The translations under genes were made by a program, and so were the position numbers. This document shows, in pieces, positions 26,075 to 39,393 of a stretch of 64,000 bases of DNA (positions within the stretch are counted from its first letter, which is position 1; every line of letters begins with the position of its first letter). A model generated the notes under the pieces. It had not been told where the DNA came from and did not search any database. It saw only the letters and a program-made list of their open reading frames with translations. Source of the stretch: Eledone cirrhosa. Its lineage: Eukaryota. The DNA lies in contig OZ024742.1 in assembly GCA_964016885.1 (NCBI GenBank), positions 231,880,001-231,944,000 of the forward strand, read 5' to 3'.

Positions 26075-26560
26075 TAGCGGGTGTTGACAGCAGATGGACT
26101 TACTGACTATCGGAGCGTGTCTCTTCCACAAAAAGCGAAAGAGCAAACGCTCCAGTGCAATCTGGTGAAGCAAGACGGTCAGGTAATAGTAAATGACGGA
26201 CGCGATGTACGCATTCGACCTCCACGCGACCTTTCAGTGATAGCTCCCGTTCGGCCGATTTCTAGGTGAGGGTGGCCACTCTGCTCGTAACCTCGTCTCA
26301 GTTTTTTGTTCGTCTGGAGGTCCAGACCAAACCGGACCCCTAGCAAATTAACCGGTCCATCCGTCCGTCCTGTGCCCGACGATGCTGTTGGACGGCATGG
26401 ACCTGCATCTCCAGATGTCGAGCCGCAGACTCACCAACTTTTCCTGATTAATATTTGCTCGTGTCACCGCCTCGTATTCTCTCAGAGCAGTGACGATGGC
26501 CTCGATATGTTTGGCGCTTGATACCACTACTACGGTGACGTCGTCCACATAAGCTGGCAC
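26075..26560 (-). mobile_element. Tx1/L1-clade LINE RT fragment
   Basis: AYVDDVTVVV...LREYEAVTRANINQEK. Preceded at 26036-26060 by a pogo/Tigger-like end (tacagtgaaattccgttataacg). Confidence 0.7.
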
Positions 26561-26879
26561 GGTTCTCAAGATCAATACCTGTAGACGTCTAGGATTGTAT
26601 ATAGACCTGTATGAGTGTGTTTATGCTGTAGTGTTGTTAGAGCATCTGGTGCTGGTATGTGTGTGCGGTTGAGGGGCATCGTATGAGTACGTGCCTCTGT
26701 TCCAGTTGTATGCCTGTCAGTACGCGTGCGTGTGCGTCTATCTAGCAGTGTGTATGTCTGCAGGCGTTAGGTGTGTGAGTGTATGTGTGTGCTCTTACTT
26801 CTTTTACTAGTTCCAGTCATTATAGTGTCGCCATGCTGGAGCACTGCTTTCAGGGAATTTAAGCAATCATATTGAGGTC

Positions 26880-27010
26880 AGTAGTTGGTACTCACCAACA
26901 TAGGCGCTGAGCTGGCAAGGCGCAGGTGTGAGCCTCGCGAGAAGGAATGGCTCTTCCAGCGCATCTCCCTTACCATCCTCCGGAGAAACTCCTCCATTCT
27001 GTCCGCCGGG
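26880..27010 (+). mobile_element. CRE-clade non-LTR C-terminal fragment
   Basis: EPREKEWLFQRISLTILRRNSSIL resembles the DPRE..FL.QR.S.A..RGN C-terminus of CRE elements. Confidence 0.55.
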
Positions 27011-27249
27011 GCTGTGGGGAGGCCAGCGCGTGAGACCCCATTTGCTCACCATACAGAGAGATGGCGGCGATGACAGTGGGAGTTCGGCCCTTCCACGTTC
27101 AGACCATATCCTTACGGTTGTGTTTTTCATCTATACAGAAAATTATTTATTTCGCAGCATTTTATTCGGTACTTTGTGGAAGCGCTGTTCTACGTGACTT
27201 ACTCAGATATACAGACACGGACACTCGTGTGAGACGGCTTCTGCAATGA

Positions 27250-27760
27250 CATTTGAGTGTATCTATATTTATCATGTTGAATACGTGTATTGTAATGTTT
27301 ATGTTGTTGTCGACTTCCTTTTTTTTTAAGTAACAATTCAAAGGCGTCTTCGTTGAATCCTGTTCGTTATATATGGCAATTTCATGCAGTTCAATGCGTT
27401 TGAGGTTCGCCAGAGTAAGTGTGTTTATCATTCTAGTTGTTGTGTAGATGTACTTTCTACAAATTTCTTTTGCACTGGCATATGTCTTTGTTTAGTGTGT
27501 GTATGTAATGAGGTGTATATATTATTAACTCTTGATCATATCTAAGATGTATGAGGGCTGTAGTGTATGTGAGTAGTTTGTGGGTTGCTTTTCGGTATGT
27601 ATGGCTTGTCTGCTTGGCTACTTGTACTATAATGTCTGTGAGTGGTCCAACTAGCTTTGTGTACCTTATCTGTTTAAATAATCTTGTTTATTGTACTGTC
27701 TATATAGCATATGAAACTGTACCACTTTGCTCATTTGTTTTCATTTGCATTTCTTCGGTC
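27250..27760 (-). mobile_element. Heavily degenerate PLE GIY-YIG remnant (Poseidon-like)
   Basis: Traces such as EQSGTV.YAI, VQVAKQTSH and KRIELHEI across broken frames. Confidence 0.35.
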
Positions 27761-28845
27761 GTGAAACAAATAAAACTGACATAAATATATTTTAATATGT
27801 TTATTAAAACTTTTAATCGGCTGCAATGGATCGAAATATTATGAATGCAATGCTAGAAATGTCTGTTAATGCCAGGCATATAATAGTGTTCAAAAGTGAT
27901 GTTGGGTGAAATAAAAGATCGTATTTTATGGTAAAAACTAAACCTGATGTAAAGGATATTGCGGGTATGTTTTAACAACCGAGGATCGAATAAGCCTGGG
28001 AAATAGGAAGACCCCAAGCAACACACTTTATTTAAAAAAAGAAAACAAAGATAATAGCATTCACTACCCTGAATGTATAAACCCGTAACTCCTTGTGGGG
28101 TCGTAGGGGCTCCGTAGTGACATTACAGGATGTCTTGAGCACTTTAAACATGGCAGAGCCCATCCTCTCCCTAGGTTTGAACACAGCCGATTTCTTCTAG
28201 AGAAGGAGTGAGAATGAGAGTTTAGATGAAGGTATTTAGTAGATGTTTGTGTTGAGAATGTGTGTATTTGTGTATTGTATCACAGAAGTCACCATTGAAG
28301 ATGTTAAAAGCAATGTTGTGGAAAATAGCATCTTACGACTTTATATATAATTTATTTACAAATTACAAAGGTTAGAATAATGTCTCTTGAGAGGATAGTT
28401 AATGTTATCAATAAAAAGGTTATAAAGGTTTAAATGGCATGCCAAGAGAAATTATTAATTAAGAGTTTAAGAAGGGACGGTCAACTGGCTGAGGCGTTAG
28501 CCAGACCCGTAGTGATATCTGTTGCGACATATTGTCTATATTTGAGGAACGAAAGTAAGAGATGTTTACCTTCACGGTGTCGAGCTGCAAGAGAGAGAGA
28601 GTTTCGAATCCGCCGCGGAAATTTTTCCCTCTGGGCGGAAGTCGAGATACATTTTCCTACGCTGGTAAACGATTGGCTGAACTGAGCCAAACAACGCACG
28701 GACAATGTATCCATGAGCCCTCGGAATGTAGGTCACTACAAGAGAAAAATTCCATTGACTCTTGTGATGTGCGGCCGATTGTCGCACTTGGTGGTGGATT
28801 TTTTTCTTTCTTTCGCTTTGATCGTATATTTTGGTACGTTGTATG

Positions 28846-29038
28846 CAGACCTGTCAACTCTCCCCGTCGGACGGGGATATCTCCCACCCACCTTGGGATG
28901 GGTGATAAATGTTTTCTTTCGTGAAAATGGGTATAGCTTTCATTATGTAAAATCTCCCCATTTTGCTTCATTTCTCCCCGTTTTGTGGCACTTTTTCATG
29001 GCACTCCCCATTTGGGTTTTTAGAGGTTGGTAGGTTTG
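28846..29038. mobile_element. MITE with about 13 bp TIR CAGACCTG(C/T)CAAC (hAT-like)
   Basis: Inverted homologue of 31842-32037 and 32264-32418. Confidence 0.8.
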
Positions 29039-29379
29039 TGTATATATAGCGTTCATAGTTAATTGCATTCATTGTATGTGTTTATATTTTCATTCTGAAA
29101 GAATTGTGAACAATTTGTAATGTTACTTATACAACCGAGAAAAGAAGTAAGACAGAGATATAGATGAAGAATTGAACTCAGTAGCTGAACTGGTACTATA
29201 TTTATCGACCTCGAAAGAATTGAATTAAGAGAACGCAGAGAGCCGAGACGAATACCGCAAAGTATTCTATCTAACATTCTAACGACTCTGTTAGTTCGCC
29301 GTACCTGATTATTATCGTGAGCTAAAAGAAAAATATCTTGAGGACACGAGAACATTTTTCGTTTGTCTTCCACAAAGAA

Positions 29380-31425
29380 TGCTACCGATCAGTCTGGGGT
29401 ACACGAGGCTCCAGTAAGTACAATGTATGGCAAGCAGAGACTTCTAAGCCGTCTTAAGTAGTGGGTTCACACCCGTGTGGGGTTGAAAAAAGCTGCTTTT
29501 CAGCAGCACTTCGCTCAACTGTTCGGAAGCAGTGACGAGCCGGGTCACGGAATGGACTTCAGTCCCTACCTCGACGACGGAGGCGAAATGCTGCGAAAAG
29601 CTGATAACATCTGCTGAAATACGGGAGGCAATGACTAACTCCACGGATGGGTACTAATTAACTTAGATCAATCTGACTATCCAAACCAGTCGCCTGGTTT
29701 GGATAGTCAGCTCTACGAACTTTACGCTTAAATGCCAGACTTGTTCGGTGACCTCTTGACAGACATCTACTGCAACTTACAGCAGAACGGGAGAATTCCT
29801 AGTTCTGTGAGCCTTGCAGCTAAAAAAGGACCCGAAACAGTCCTTGATAATGTTAGGCCCATAACTCTGCAAGATGCAGAGTATAAAATTTTGGCCAAGG
29901 TATTAGCGATGAGGTTGTAGCTTGTTGTGGGGTCCGGTAGGAGACACGTACACATGCGCCATCCCGAACAGATCCATCCACGACACAACTTTCATCTCAT
30001 GTGATGTATCATAGAGAGGGTGGTTAAAGAACCTGGCACGGATGGGCGCTAATTAACTTAGATCAATCGAAAGCCGGCTTCAGATCCGTTTCCAGAGGCT
30101 GGATCGCTGTAATGCTCCGCGATATCTACGGTATCTGCTCCTCTCAGAATCGTTCAGCATCATGTGTTCGATCCGCCCATGTTGTCTTCTATCGTCCATA
30201 TTGTATGTATTGACTCTCGAACTATCACTACACAAATTAATGACGTTGAGCGACATCCCGCACCAACTAGGATGTGGGAGATCTGTGTCAGTATATGCTG
30301 ACGACTTCACCGTATTGGTGTCGAACACCAAACACACTGTGATAAACGGCACCGATCTCAGGGAGCACAAACTGATAACTGCAACAAAAATTAACCAGAA
30401 AATGTCGGTGGAGCTGCAGCTGGGCACTCGGAAACTGGGCATGCCGTGGCTGATGATGCACAAACATGTGCTAAGACATCTCCAGCTTTTCCTTGTTCAC
30501 TAGATTCATTTTTCTCTAGAATGCCTTTAATCGCTCACAGCCCTTTGGCAATCGGACAGTACGGACAAAAGAAACCCCACCTTGGTGTTCTAAAGAGGGT
30601 TATTAGCGAGTAGAAACGAAAACTGTGCGTCGACGAAAATCAGCTAGTCACACTTTTTCCGAAAACGTTCTGTCCAAGGCGCATGTATAACTTCCAGAAA
30701 TCCCTGGCATAGCGGCGCTACCGGGGAGCATTGCCAGTTCAAGATAAACTCCACAGGCATGGAAGTGCCATCAGCTGGGCCTGTCTGTGATGCGTGCAAG
30801 GCGACTAGACAGTCGTGCACGCAGTCGAATGTCCGAATGTCGAACACCTGCTGTTACCTGTAGAACGGCTCCAGCTATCAACTAAGTTCATCATTAAGAT
30901 CACCCCGCCGTCTTGCTTTAGCTGGGAAGGGCAGACAGTTTTTATCTTCTTTGTGGCCATGGTGAAAGAGGTCATATGGTGGATGCATTTGAAAGAGGTC
31001 ATGAAAGATTTGAAGACAACCACTTGCCTCTTCAGCAAAACCTTGATTAATTTTTCAGGTTTCACTTGAAGAAAATCAGAGTGGCGAGGGAAGTGCTACT
31101 TTCCAGCCAAATTGTTGAAAGATGTGGTGAACGCGGCCCGAGTGAATAGGTCTGCTCTGAGTATGACCCTGTAGATTGAAGGAGGACAACTGGAAGAGGC
31201 ACTTGTCCTGGCGGTCAGGGTGGCTTTTTGCGAGCTTTCTTTACGACTGACTCTCGGAAGTTTCCTCCTATTAAGGAATTTGTTTTTGTTTGAATTTTTA
31301 CATGTTTTTGTTTTTGTTTTCGTTATAATTTTATATACGCAAAACCTCACACAGTATAGTCTTGTGCCGTCCTCAGTATATTCATGATGTTAGCCCTGTG
31401 AAGCTAATAAAGAAATCATTATTAT
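29380..31425 (+). mobile_element. Degenerate Tx1/L1-clade LINE ORF2 and 3' end
   Basis: VRPITLQDAEYKILAKVLAMRL, LYVLTLE...VSVYADD and a C-terminal zinc-finger remnant. Ends aataaagaaatcattattatt. Confidence 0.85.
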
Positions 31426-31440
31426 TCGTTTGGTACGAGG

Positions 31441-31632
31441 ACGGTGGATTGGCAGTATCGGTAGAGCGTCGGACAATACAATATGCTTTGTGGCATGTAG
31501 TTACGGCCGTTTACGTTCTTACGGGATCGATAAAATAAAGTACCAGTAACGTACTGGGGTCAATTTCATCGACTTTCCCCTCCCCTAAATTTGTTGGCCT
31601 TGTGCCTAAATCACAAACCTTTATTATTATTA
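31441..31632 (+). mobile_element. tRNA-derived SINE, long variant
   Basis: cggtggattggcagtatcggtagagcgtcgg head, conserved body and (ATT)n tail. Confidence 0.85.
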
Positions 31633-31841
31633 GATAGTTTCATGAATGTTTCTTCTGCATTACCTGACACACCTGTGTTTCTGAGGTGTTTACAACACTG
31701 TGTCTTATTAATTTTGTATTTGGTCTGAATTCTATTTTAATAGTCCTTTGATCATTATTGACATTGTTTTTACTTTCATGTCCCGGATCTTTTGGGGCAA
31801 TATTTTGGTCTAAAGAGATTACGATGTCTATCAGTTTGCAT

Positions 31842-32037
31842 CAGACCTGCCAACCTCTAAAAACCCAAACGGGGAATATTATGAATATAAGGGGCCCCAA
31901 AACGGAGAGAAATGAGGCAAAATGGGAAGATTTTACATAATGAAAGCTATACCCGTTTTCACAAGAGAAGACATCTCTCACCCACTCGAAAGTGGTTGGG
32001 AGATCTCCCCGTCGGATGGGGAGAGTTGACAGGTCTG
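31842..32037. mobile_element. hAT-like MITE
   Basis: TIR cagacctgccaac...gttgacaggtctg. Flanks gtttgcat and gtgtgcat form a 7/8 match consistent with an 8-bp TSD. Confidence 0.8.
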
Positions 32038-32263
32038 GTGTGCATGTTTTTTGTTTGTTTTTTCAGTCCTTGATTATTACATTTAGATGGGCACCTTGAT
32101 CTTTTTTTCAATTTTGATGGGCATATCGCAGTTAATTGTGGCCAGGTTGATGTCATGTACCGTGTTTGGTACACGTTTATACCATTTCATTTCCGTTTTC
32201 ATGTCGAAGTGTTGGCACATTACCCAATTGATATAGCTGCCAATTCGATCAGATCGGTGTATA

Positions 32264-32418
32264 CAGACCTGCCAATTTTAAAAACCCAAACGGAGAGTAC
32301 CATGAAAAAAGTGCCCCAAAATGAAAGTTATACCCATTTTCACAAGAAAAAACATTTCTCGCCCACTCCAAATTGGGTGGGAGATCTCCCCGTCGGACTG
32401 AGAGAGTTGACAGGTCTG
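32264..32418. mobile_element. hAT-like MITE, internally deleted
   Basis: Same TIRs and body as 31842-32037. It is inserted next to an R4/Dong remnant. Confidence 0.8.
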
Positions 32419-33540
32419 GTATATATTCAAACTTAGCTAAGACTGGGCAGCTACAAATAATGTGTTCCACCGTCTCATTGTACATGCTGCGCTTTCTGCA
32501 TCTGAGGCTAGGATCAGTTTCCATTATTTTATTTTTATGTTAGTCCGGGTGGCCAATAGAGAAATTATTATTCTGTTTTTATAGTTGGTTGTGGTCAGAT
32601 ATTGATCTTGTACAGCTAGAATCAGTCTTTTTTCTGGTTTTAGTCCTGAGCCTTTGACTTTCACATTGGCTTAAGTCATCTCTCTCGAACCTTCCAAGTT
32701 TTGGCTGTAGAATGGCGCTTCTCTCCAATTCTTATTAGTATGTGTTATAATTCTGCTTTCATGTTATTTTGTCTTTTTAATCATTTTTGCTGTTGTTATC
32801 TAAAGTTAATAAAGTACAAAACAGAAACAAACTATGTTGAAATAATAACTTTCCTTGTATATACAGAGAAAAGTTTTTTGTTATTTTTTTACGTTTCTTT
32901 ATTATATTTATCAGTTTTCCTTTATTAACTTCTATACGTTTTTCTAATCTAACTGTTGTTATTTTATTTTATAATAGTTTTCTGTTTGTGTTAAGCCACC
33001 TTTTAATTAAGTCCGATGTAAGTATATTTTGTCTATATTTGCTTTGTGATGATGGTTTCGATACTCTGTTAGTAGTTTTACGATTTTTCTATTTACATTT
33101 TTCAACTCACTTAGCTTCCAGTTTATTATATCAAAGCTGTAATTTATAACTAGTATATCCAGTGTATTTATACCTATTATCTCATCTCTAGCATTGTTTT
33201 AATATTTTGTCGTATTTCCGAATTTTTTCTTTTATTTCTGTACGTTATATTTTAGCTGTTTCGTCTATTTCTAGGTGTTTGTATGGGCGATTATGATATA
33301 ATTCTCTAATTTCAGTGGCTATGTTTAGTGTAATATTCTTAGTGCTGGTTAATTTGCCTCATCTTAAAGAGGCTTTGACACATTTACATATTCCCATATT
33401 CATCCATACGTCTTTGCTGAAATTATAAGCATTTTTAGGAGAGTTTATTTTAGTTCAGTGTTATTCCTTGTAACTATTTTAAAGTCATCTCTATATACAG
33501 GAGATAATTTGTGTGTTATCCATAGCATGTGTACCGTATG
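32419..33540 (-). mobile_element. Degenerate R4/Dong-like LINE fragment
   Basis: ETVEHIICSCPVLAKFEY zinc-knuckle remnant and a YRDDFK RT motif remnant near 33480-33495. Confidence 0.6.
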
Positions 33541-33859
33541 GTAGTGTCATTCAGCCAGTTTGTTAGTGGGGTCAGAGCAAGGCAAAGGGTAGCGTGGATA
33601 ACGAGTTCTCTTCTTATGTGGAACAAGGTTGGTTTTAAAGGGAGTCTTTTTCTCTATTTCTCAATGTTGTGGTAGTTTTCCATTTGTTATGTTGTGGCGA
33701 CTCAATGTGGATTGACTCCAGTATCCATCAATGTGGAATGCTATCGAAAGTCTTCTGGTAGTCAATCCAGACCATGCTGAGGTTTATTTTCCTATTTTTA
33801 CAGTCATTTATAATGGCCAAGTTCATCAGCAGCTGCTCTTTATAGCCATACGTATCTTA

Positions 33860-34333
33860 TTATCGGTAGAGCGTCAAAGAAAATACTTCGTGGCATTAGT
33901 TACGGTTCTTTACGTTCTGAATTCAAATACCAGTGAGATTAGCTTTGCCCTTCATCCTTCCGGGATCAATAAAATGAAGTACAGTAACGTATTGGTGTCG
34001 ATTTGGTCGATTTTTCCCTCCCCCAAAGTCGGGCAAGATACTTTTTTGTGGCATGTAATGTTAGCCCTTTGTGTTCCGAGTTCAAAATATCACCGAAGTT
34101 AACTTTGCCTTTCATCCTTACGTTGTCGATAAAATAAAGTACCAGTAACACACTGGGGTCAATTTCATCGACTTTACCCACTCCTCGAACTGTTAGCTTT
34201 GTGCCTAAATCAGAACCCATTCCACCGAGGTTAACTTTGCTTTTCCTCCTTATGGGGTCGATAAAATAAAGTACCAGTAATGCACTGGGTAATTGCTGGC
34301 CTTGTGCCTAAAGTAGAAATAATAATTATTATT
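33860..34333 (+). mobile_element. Three tandem SINE copies or fragments
   Basis: The body motif ctttgcc..catcctt..ggg.tcgataaaat...gtacag occurs at about 33945, 34105 and 34237. Confidence 0.85.
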
Positions 34334-37300
34334 GGCGACAAAATCTGGAAGACATTGGCGACAAAATCTGGGGCTTTAAGTTGTCTGAACTGTGATGTGT
34401 TAAAATATGTTTGTTACTAAGCGTTAATATTGCGACATACATTGCACATAGAAAAGGCGACCCCATAGAATTCTAAAAAGGATTTTATGAACACCCTCTC
34501 CCCATCCACAGAACGGAAGAGTGAAAGCGAAGATATGTTACATTTTCTCGATAACAGCCAGAAATCAAAAGTGAATAATGCCACCACCACCATCGCCACT
34601 ATTACCAACACTAATACATATACTACCACTACCAACACCACCAGCACCACCACCACCACCACAACTACCACCACCACCGCCACTATTACCAACACTAATA
34701 CATATACTACCACTACCACTACCAACACCACCAGCACCACCACCACCACCACAACTACCACCACCACCGCCACTATTACCAACACTAATACATATACTAC
34801 CACTACCAACACCACCAGCACCACTACCACCACTACCACCACCACCACCACCACCACCACCACCACCACCAACACTAATACAGACACTACCACTACCATC
34901 ACCACCACCACCACCACCACAACCACCACCACCACCACCACCAACACTAATACAGACACCACCACAACCACCACCACCACCACCACCACCACCACCAACA
35001 CTAATACAGACACTACCACTACCATCACCACCACCACCACCACCACAACCACCACCACCACCACCAACACCACCACCAACACTAATACAGACACTACCAC
35101 CACCACCACCACCACCACCACCAACAGTAGCAACACCACCACCACAACCACCACCACCACCACCGCCAACACTAATACAGACACTACCACTACCACCACC
35201 ACCACAACCACCACCACCACCACTACCACCATCATCACCACCAACAGTAGCAGCAACAATAACAGTAAAACTTACAAAAACATTTTCATAAAATATAAGA
35301 AAAAATATATGAAAATGAATATCCGGCAAAACCGGAATGCAACACCGCCGCCACCCCTATCATGTACAGAACATCACATCAAAGAACAAACATAAGGAAA
35401 AACAGCAACAACACTAATACCACACCTGCCATAACCACCACCACCACTACAACAACAACAATAACAACAACAACAAGCGCTGTCCCGAACAAGAATATGA
35501 ACAACAACAGTGACAGCAATGAGAGAAACAGCATCAACAACAACAACAGCAACAACAGTAACAATAACAGTAACAATATCAGCAGCAGCAACCAAATAAA
35601 TGCAGAGCGGTGTGTAACCCCACTCAACACCACGCAGAGGGATCCCTCGAAATCAATCATTTCCTTCACAGGGGCAACAAAGAACGGGGAAGCAATAACC
35701 GTTAACGAAGATGAAGTAAGGGAGTCTAAGCAGATGCTAAAGAGAAGGGGTTACAAAGTCACCCTCACACCTCCACCCAATGTGCGGCAACACACCGTAC
35801 AGGTGGAGTGAAGTTCCGCTGTGTGGAGCGAGTCACCGAGTCCCAGATCCCAAAGTGTTTGGATTACGTCCGAAGCAGGGGAATTGGAACAGTGGATGCA
35901 TTGTTTAAACGCCCGAGGAAACCAGACGACACTCCCTCATATCACTCACGAGCGAAGAGCTGATTCCGCTGCCAACGTATTGTGGCCAAAGTTTGGTTAA
36001 GATAGAAATAACCCAGGTGCCGCCCACGATAGCAATTCTTTAGCTAGTGGTACCTGTCATCATGGACGTTGAGGACAGCACACACATTCTGGAAATTAAA
36101 AAAAAAATGAAAATAGAAAACTGGTCAGATTCTGGGATGGAACCATTGATCCCCCCCCCAAAAAAAATACAAGAAAACATTGTCATCCCGGACATAATCG
36201 ATTATGTAGACGTCACCCCTCCGTGGCCGTAGGAGGCAGAAGGCCAAAGTTCCAGACGTGTGGCGCAAAAACACACCTGAACGCTTTCTGTCCTCAATAA
36301 ACCACCGAACAAATGGGACTCCCTTCCCTGCCTATGACAATCCCACACAGACACCAAACCAGCCGTCAGCGGGCACAATACCATCCAGAAGCTCACCAAC
36401 GTCAGCAGCAGGAGGAGTTCCACCACCATGCAACAACAACACAAGTAGAAGACATGCCCCTCCTTGACTTGGCATACCCGGACATGGAGTGTAACCATGT
36501 GGGGAATGGCAAGATGTTAATAAAAAAGAAAACACAGAAAAAGTAGAAAATTCGCCCACAAAAAAGAAACACCCCACCCCCAAAATGCATCACAAACAAA
36601 GGACACACAACACCACCACCAACCTCCACATTACCATCCAATCCACCATTACTGCCACTACCACCACCAACAGCAACACAACCAAACCCATCTCCACAAC
36701 TAGCATCAACAACAACAGACTCCAACAACAATAACACATTAAACACACCCAAACCCTCACCAGCAACAACAACAACGACAACAATGACAACGACGACGAT
36801 GACGACGACAACAACAACAACAGCAGCAGCAGCAGCAAATACAACAAAAAGACACGAACTCCACACACTACACAGCAATAAACATTTACAATTTAAAAAA
36901 AACTACTCAACTACATAAACACAACAGCATATCGGAAATAAATCACATAAAAGCACCCTCTCACATAAAAACCATTCATTTAGACCAAAAAAACGTATAC
37001 AAACATAGAGACAAAATTCCCCAAGGCAATTGGTAACTACCGAGGGACACTCTCAAAAAGGATACACACAGACATATTTGTGAAGGAACCCACAACCTCC
37101 AAAAGACTAAGGTGTTTCCCATATTTTCTTACTTAACGTGGCCTGACTCAGAATAGGCAGTTTAAATGCACATGACCTGGGGTCGTTTTGGTAGCAGCGT
37201 TACCTGCTCAACGACCTCTTTCATTTTTTGTGTGGAAGAAACAAGTTCCACATGTCAGGCGGTCTATTTGCTGTCAACACCCGCTGCGTAGAGGGATGGG

Positions 37301-38328
37301 CATGCCGTGGCTGGTGATGCGCAAGAATGCTACTTCTCCAGCCCTTACTTGACAGTGAACACTAGTCACTGTTCGCTGGGTAAGTTTTCCTCAGGGCGTC
37401 TCCTTGACGGAGCTGCAGTCTTGGGTCAAACGAAGACCGAGAGGGAGTGCTTGGAGACTAGAATGTCTTCAAGCACTCACAGCCCTCAGCAAATTGGGCA
37501 GTGTGATCGATGGAGATCCACCTTGGCGTTCTATAGAGTGTTAGAAGATGGTAAAGGCGGCGACGTTCTTGGAGAAACTCTGGGCGTCGTCAATAATCAA
37601 CTAGCCAAACTTTTCAAGAGAACTTCCCGTCCTGGACCCATGGACAGCTTCCAGAAATCCATGGTCTGGCAGTGCTACTGGGGAGCATTGCCAGTTTGAA
37701 ATAAACTCCATAAGACATGTAAATGCCGCCATCTGGGGCTGTCTGAGATGTGTGCAGGACTTCGAAACCGTCCTGCACTCACTCACCGAGTGTCGGAGCA
37801 TTGCTGACTTGTGGATTTATGTTGAACACCTGAATACCTGCCTAGTGGTCATAGTGAAAGAGATCGTATGGTGGTCATATCTGAAAGGGTTGAGGACAAA
37901 GACTTTCCTCTTCGGCGAAACCCTGATTAAGTTTCCTCGAAGAGGAAAATCAGGGTGGAGAGGGAAATGTTGCCTTCCAAGTAGTTTGTTGAAAGGTGGG
38001 TGAGAGAGGCGAGTATGGTCCGAGTGAATGGGCCTGCTCTGATTATGCCCCTGTAGATTAGTGGGGGAGGCTGAAAAAGAGTACTTACCCAGGCGGTCAG
38101 AATGACCGTGGCTTTTTGTGGACTTTCTCCGTGTGTTACACTTAGAAGTCCCTCTATTGGGGATTTATTTTGTCTGAATTTGTTTTACGTTTTCCTTGTT
38201 TTTCTTATATAACTTTTTACACGCCAAAACCCACACTTCACCGTCCTGTGCCGCCCTGTACCGTCCTTAATGATTTTTTTTCATGTGAACCCTACGTGGT
38301 TAATAACGAAATCATCATCATCATTATT
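34334..38328 (+). mobile_element. Internally deleted Tx1/L1-clade LINE: low-complexity ORF1 remnant and ORF2 C-terminus
   Basis: Gag-like knuckle VAVGGRRPKFQTCGAKTHLNAFCP at about 36220-36294. WQCYWGALPV and CLRCVQDFETVLHSLTEC at 37665-37795. The 3' end is homologous to 31050-31425. Confidence 0.7.
34581..35250. repeat. (ACC)n-based minisatellite (about 50-75 bp higher-order units)
   Basis: Repeated caccaacactaatac anchor between ACC runs. It produces the poly-T/P/G/V ORFs in the track. Confidence 0.95.
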
Positions 38329-38399
38329 GATCTGCCACACAGTGCAAACGGATATTGCACCGGAGTATTTAGTCATCTGTCAAGCCGCACCAAGGACCT

Positions 38400-38775
38400 C
38401 GGATAGATAATACTTTCCTCAAAAGGTGTGCAGTACCTAGCAAAGCTGCCTTTTGTATGACACCCAACCTGTATGGTATTCTCAGTCACTTTAAGAAGTC
38501 TTGAAATTTCAATGGTATTGACCCTAATGCCCCGATCACAACTAGTATCACTTTCACATTACCCTCTTGCATTCCAAATAGTCTTGCCAGCTCCACTTTC
38601 AATTCAGAGTACTTGGTGATTTTTTTAATCTCCTTACTCGCAATATTCATGTCATTTGATATGGCTAAGTCGATGATCTGACAGTGTTTGTCTTGCTCAA
38701 TACAACAATCCCCGGTCGGCGATGCTCAATTACTCTATCAGTCTGGAAACCATAATCTCAGAATATCATTACCTT
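38400..38775 (-). mobile_element. R4/Dong-like REL endonuclease C-terminal fragment
   Basis: EHRRPGIV, IIDLAI, KITKYSELKVEL, VVIGALG and AALLGTAHLLRKV across frameshifts. Confidence 0.8.
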
Positions 38776-38967
38776 CCCATCCTTCTGCATTACTATACAC
38801 AGCACATACTCATACTGATTCTCTATTATTGTTGATTTTTTTTTATTGTTAATTGTTTTTTTATTTTTTTTTTTACTCGATTTTATTGTAACCCTCCTCT
38901 GTCCCTGTCTTTTTGTATTGTCCCCTATATTTAGGCCCTAGTGGCCAATAAAGAAATCATTATTATA

Positions 38968-39357
38968 GGGCGGTGGATTGGCAGTATCTGTAAAGGGCCG
39001 GACGCCATGCTTTCCAGCATAGAATTACGCCCCTTTACGGGCTGAGTTCAAATCCCGCCAAGGTTAACTTTGCCTTTCATCCTTACGGGTTCGATAAAAT
39101 AAAGTACCAGTAATGCACTGGGTTAATTGCTGGCCTTGTGTCAAAAGTGGAAACAATTATTATTATTATGGTTTCGCAGTATCGGTAGAGAGTCAGATAC
39201 CATGTTTTGCAGCATAGAGTTACGGCCCTTTACGATCTGAGTTCAAATCCCGCCGAGGTTAATTTTGCCTTTCATAAAGTACCAGTCACGCACTGGGGTT
39301 GATTTAATCGACTTTCCACTCCCCAAAAATTGCTGGCTTTGTGCCTATTTAAGAAAC

Positions 39358-39393
<36 letters not shown>

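Noticed and set aside
34417-35395. Mucin-, extensin- or glycine-rich protein gene
   Set aside because: Several frames on both strands are open because of the ACC repeat, and it lies within a Tx1-like element.
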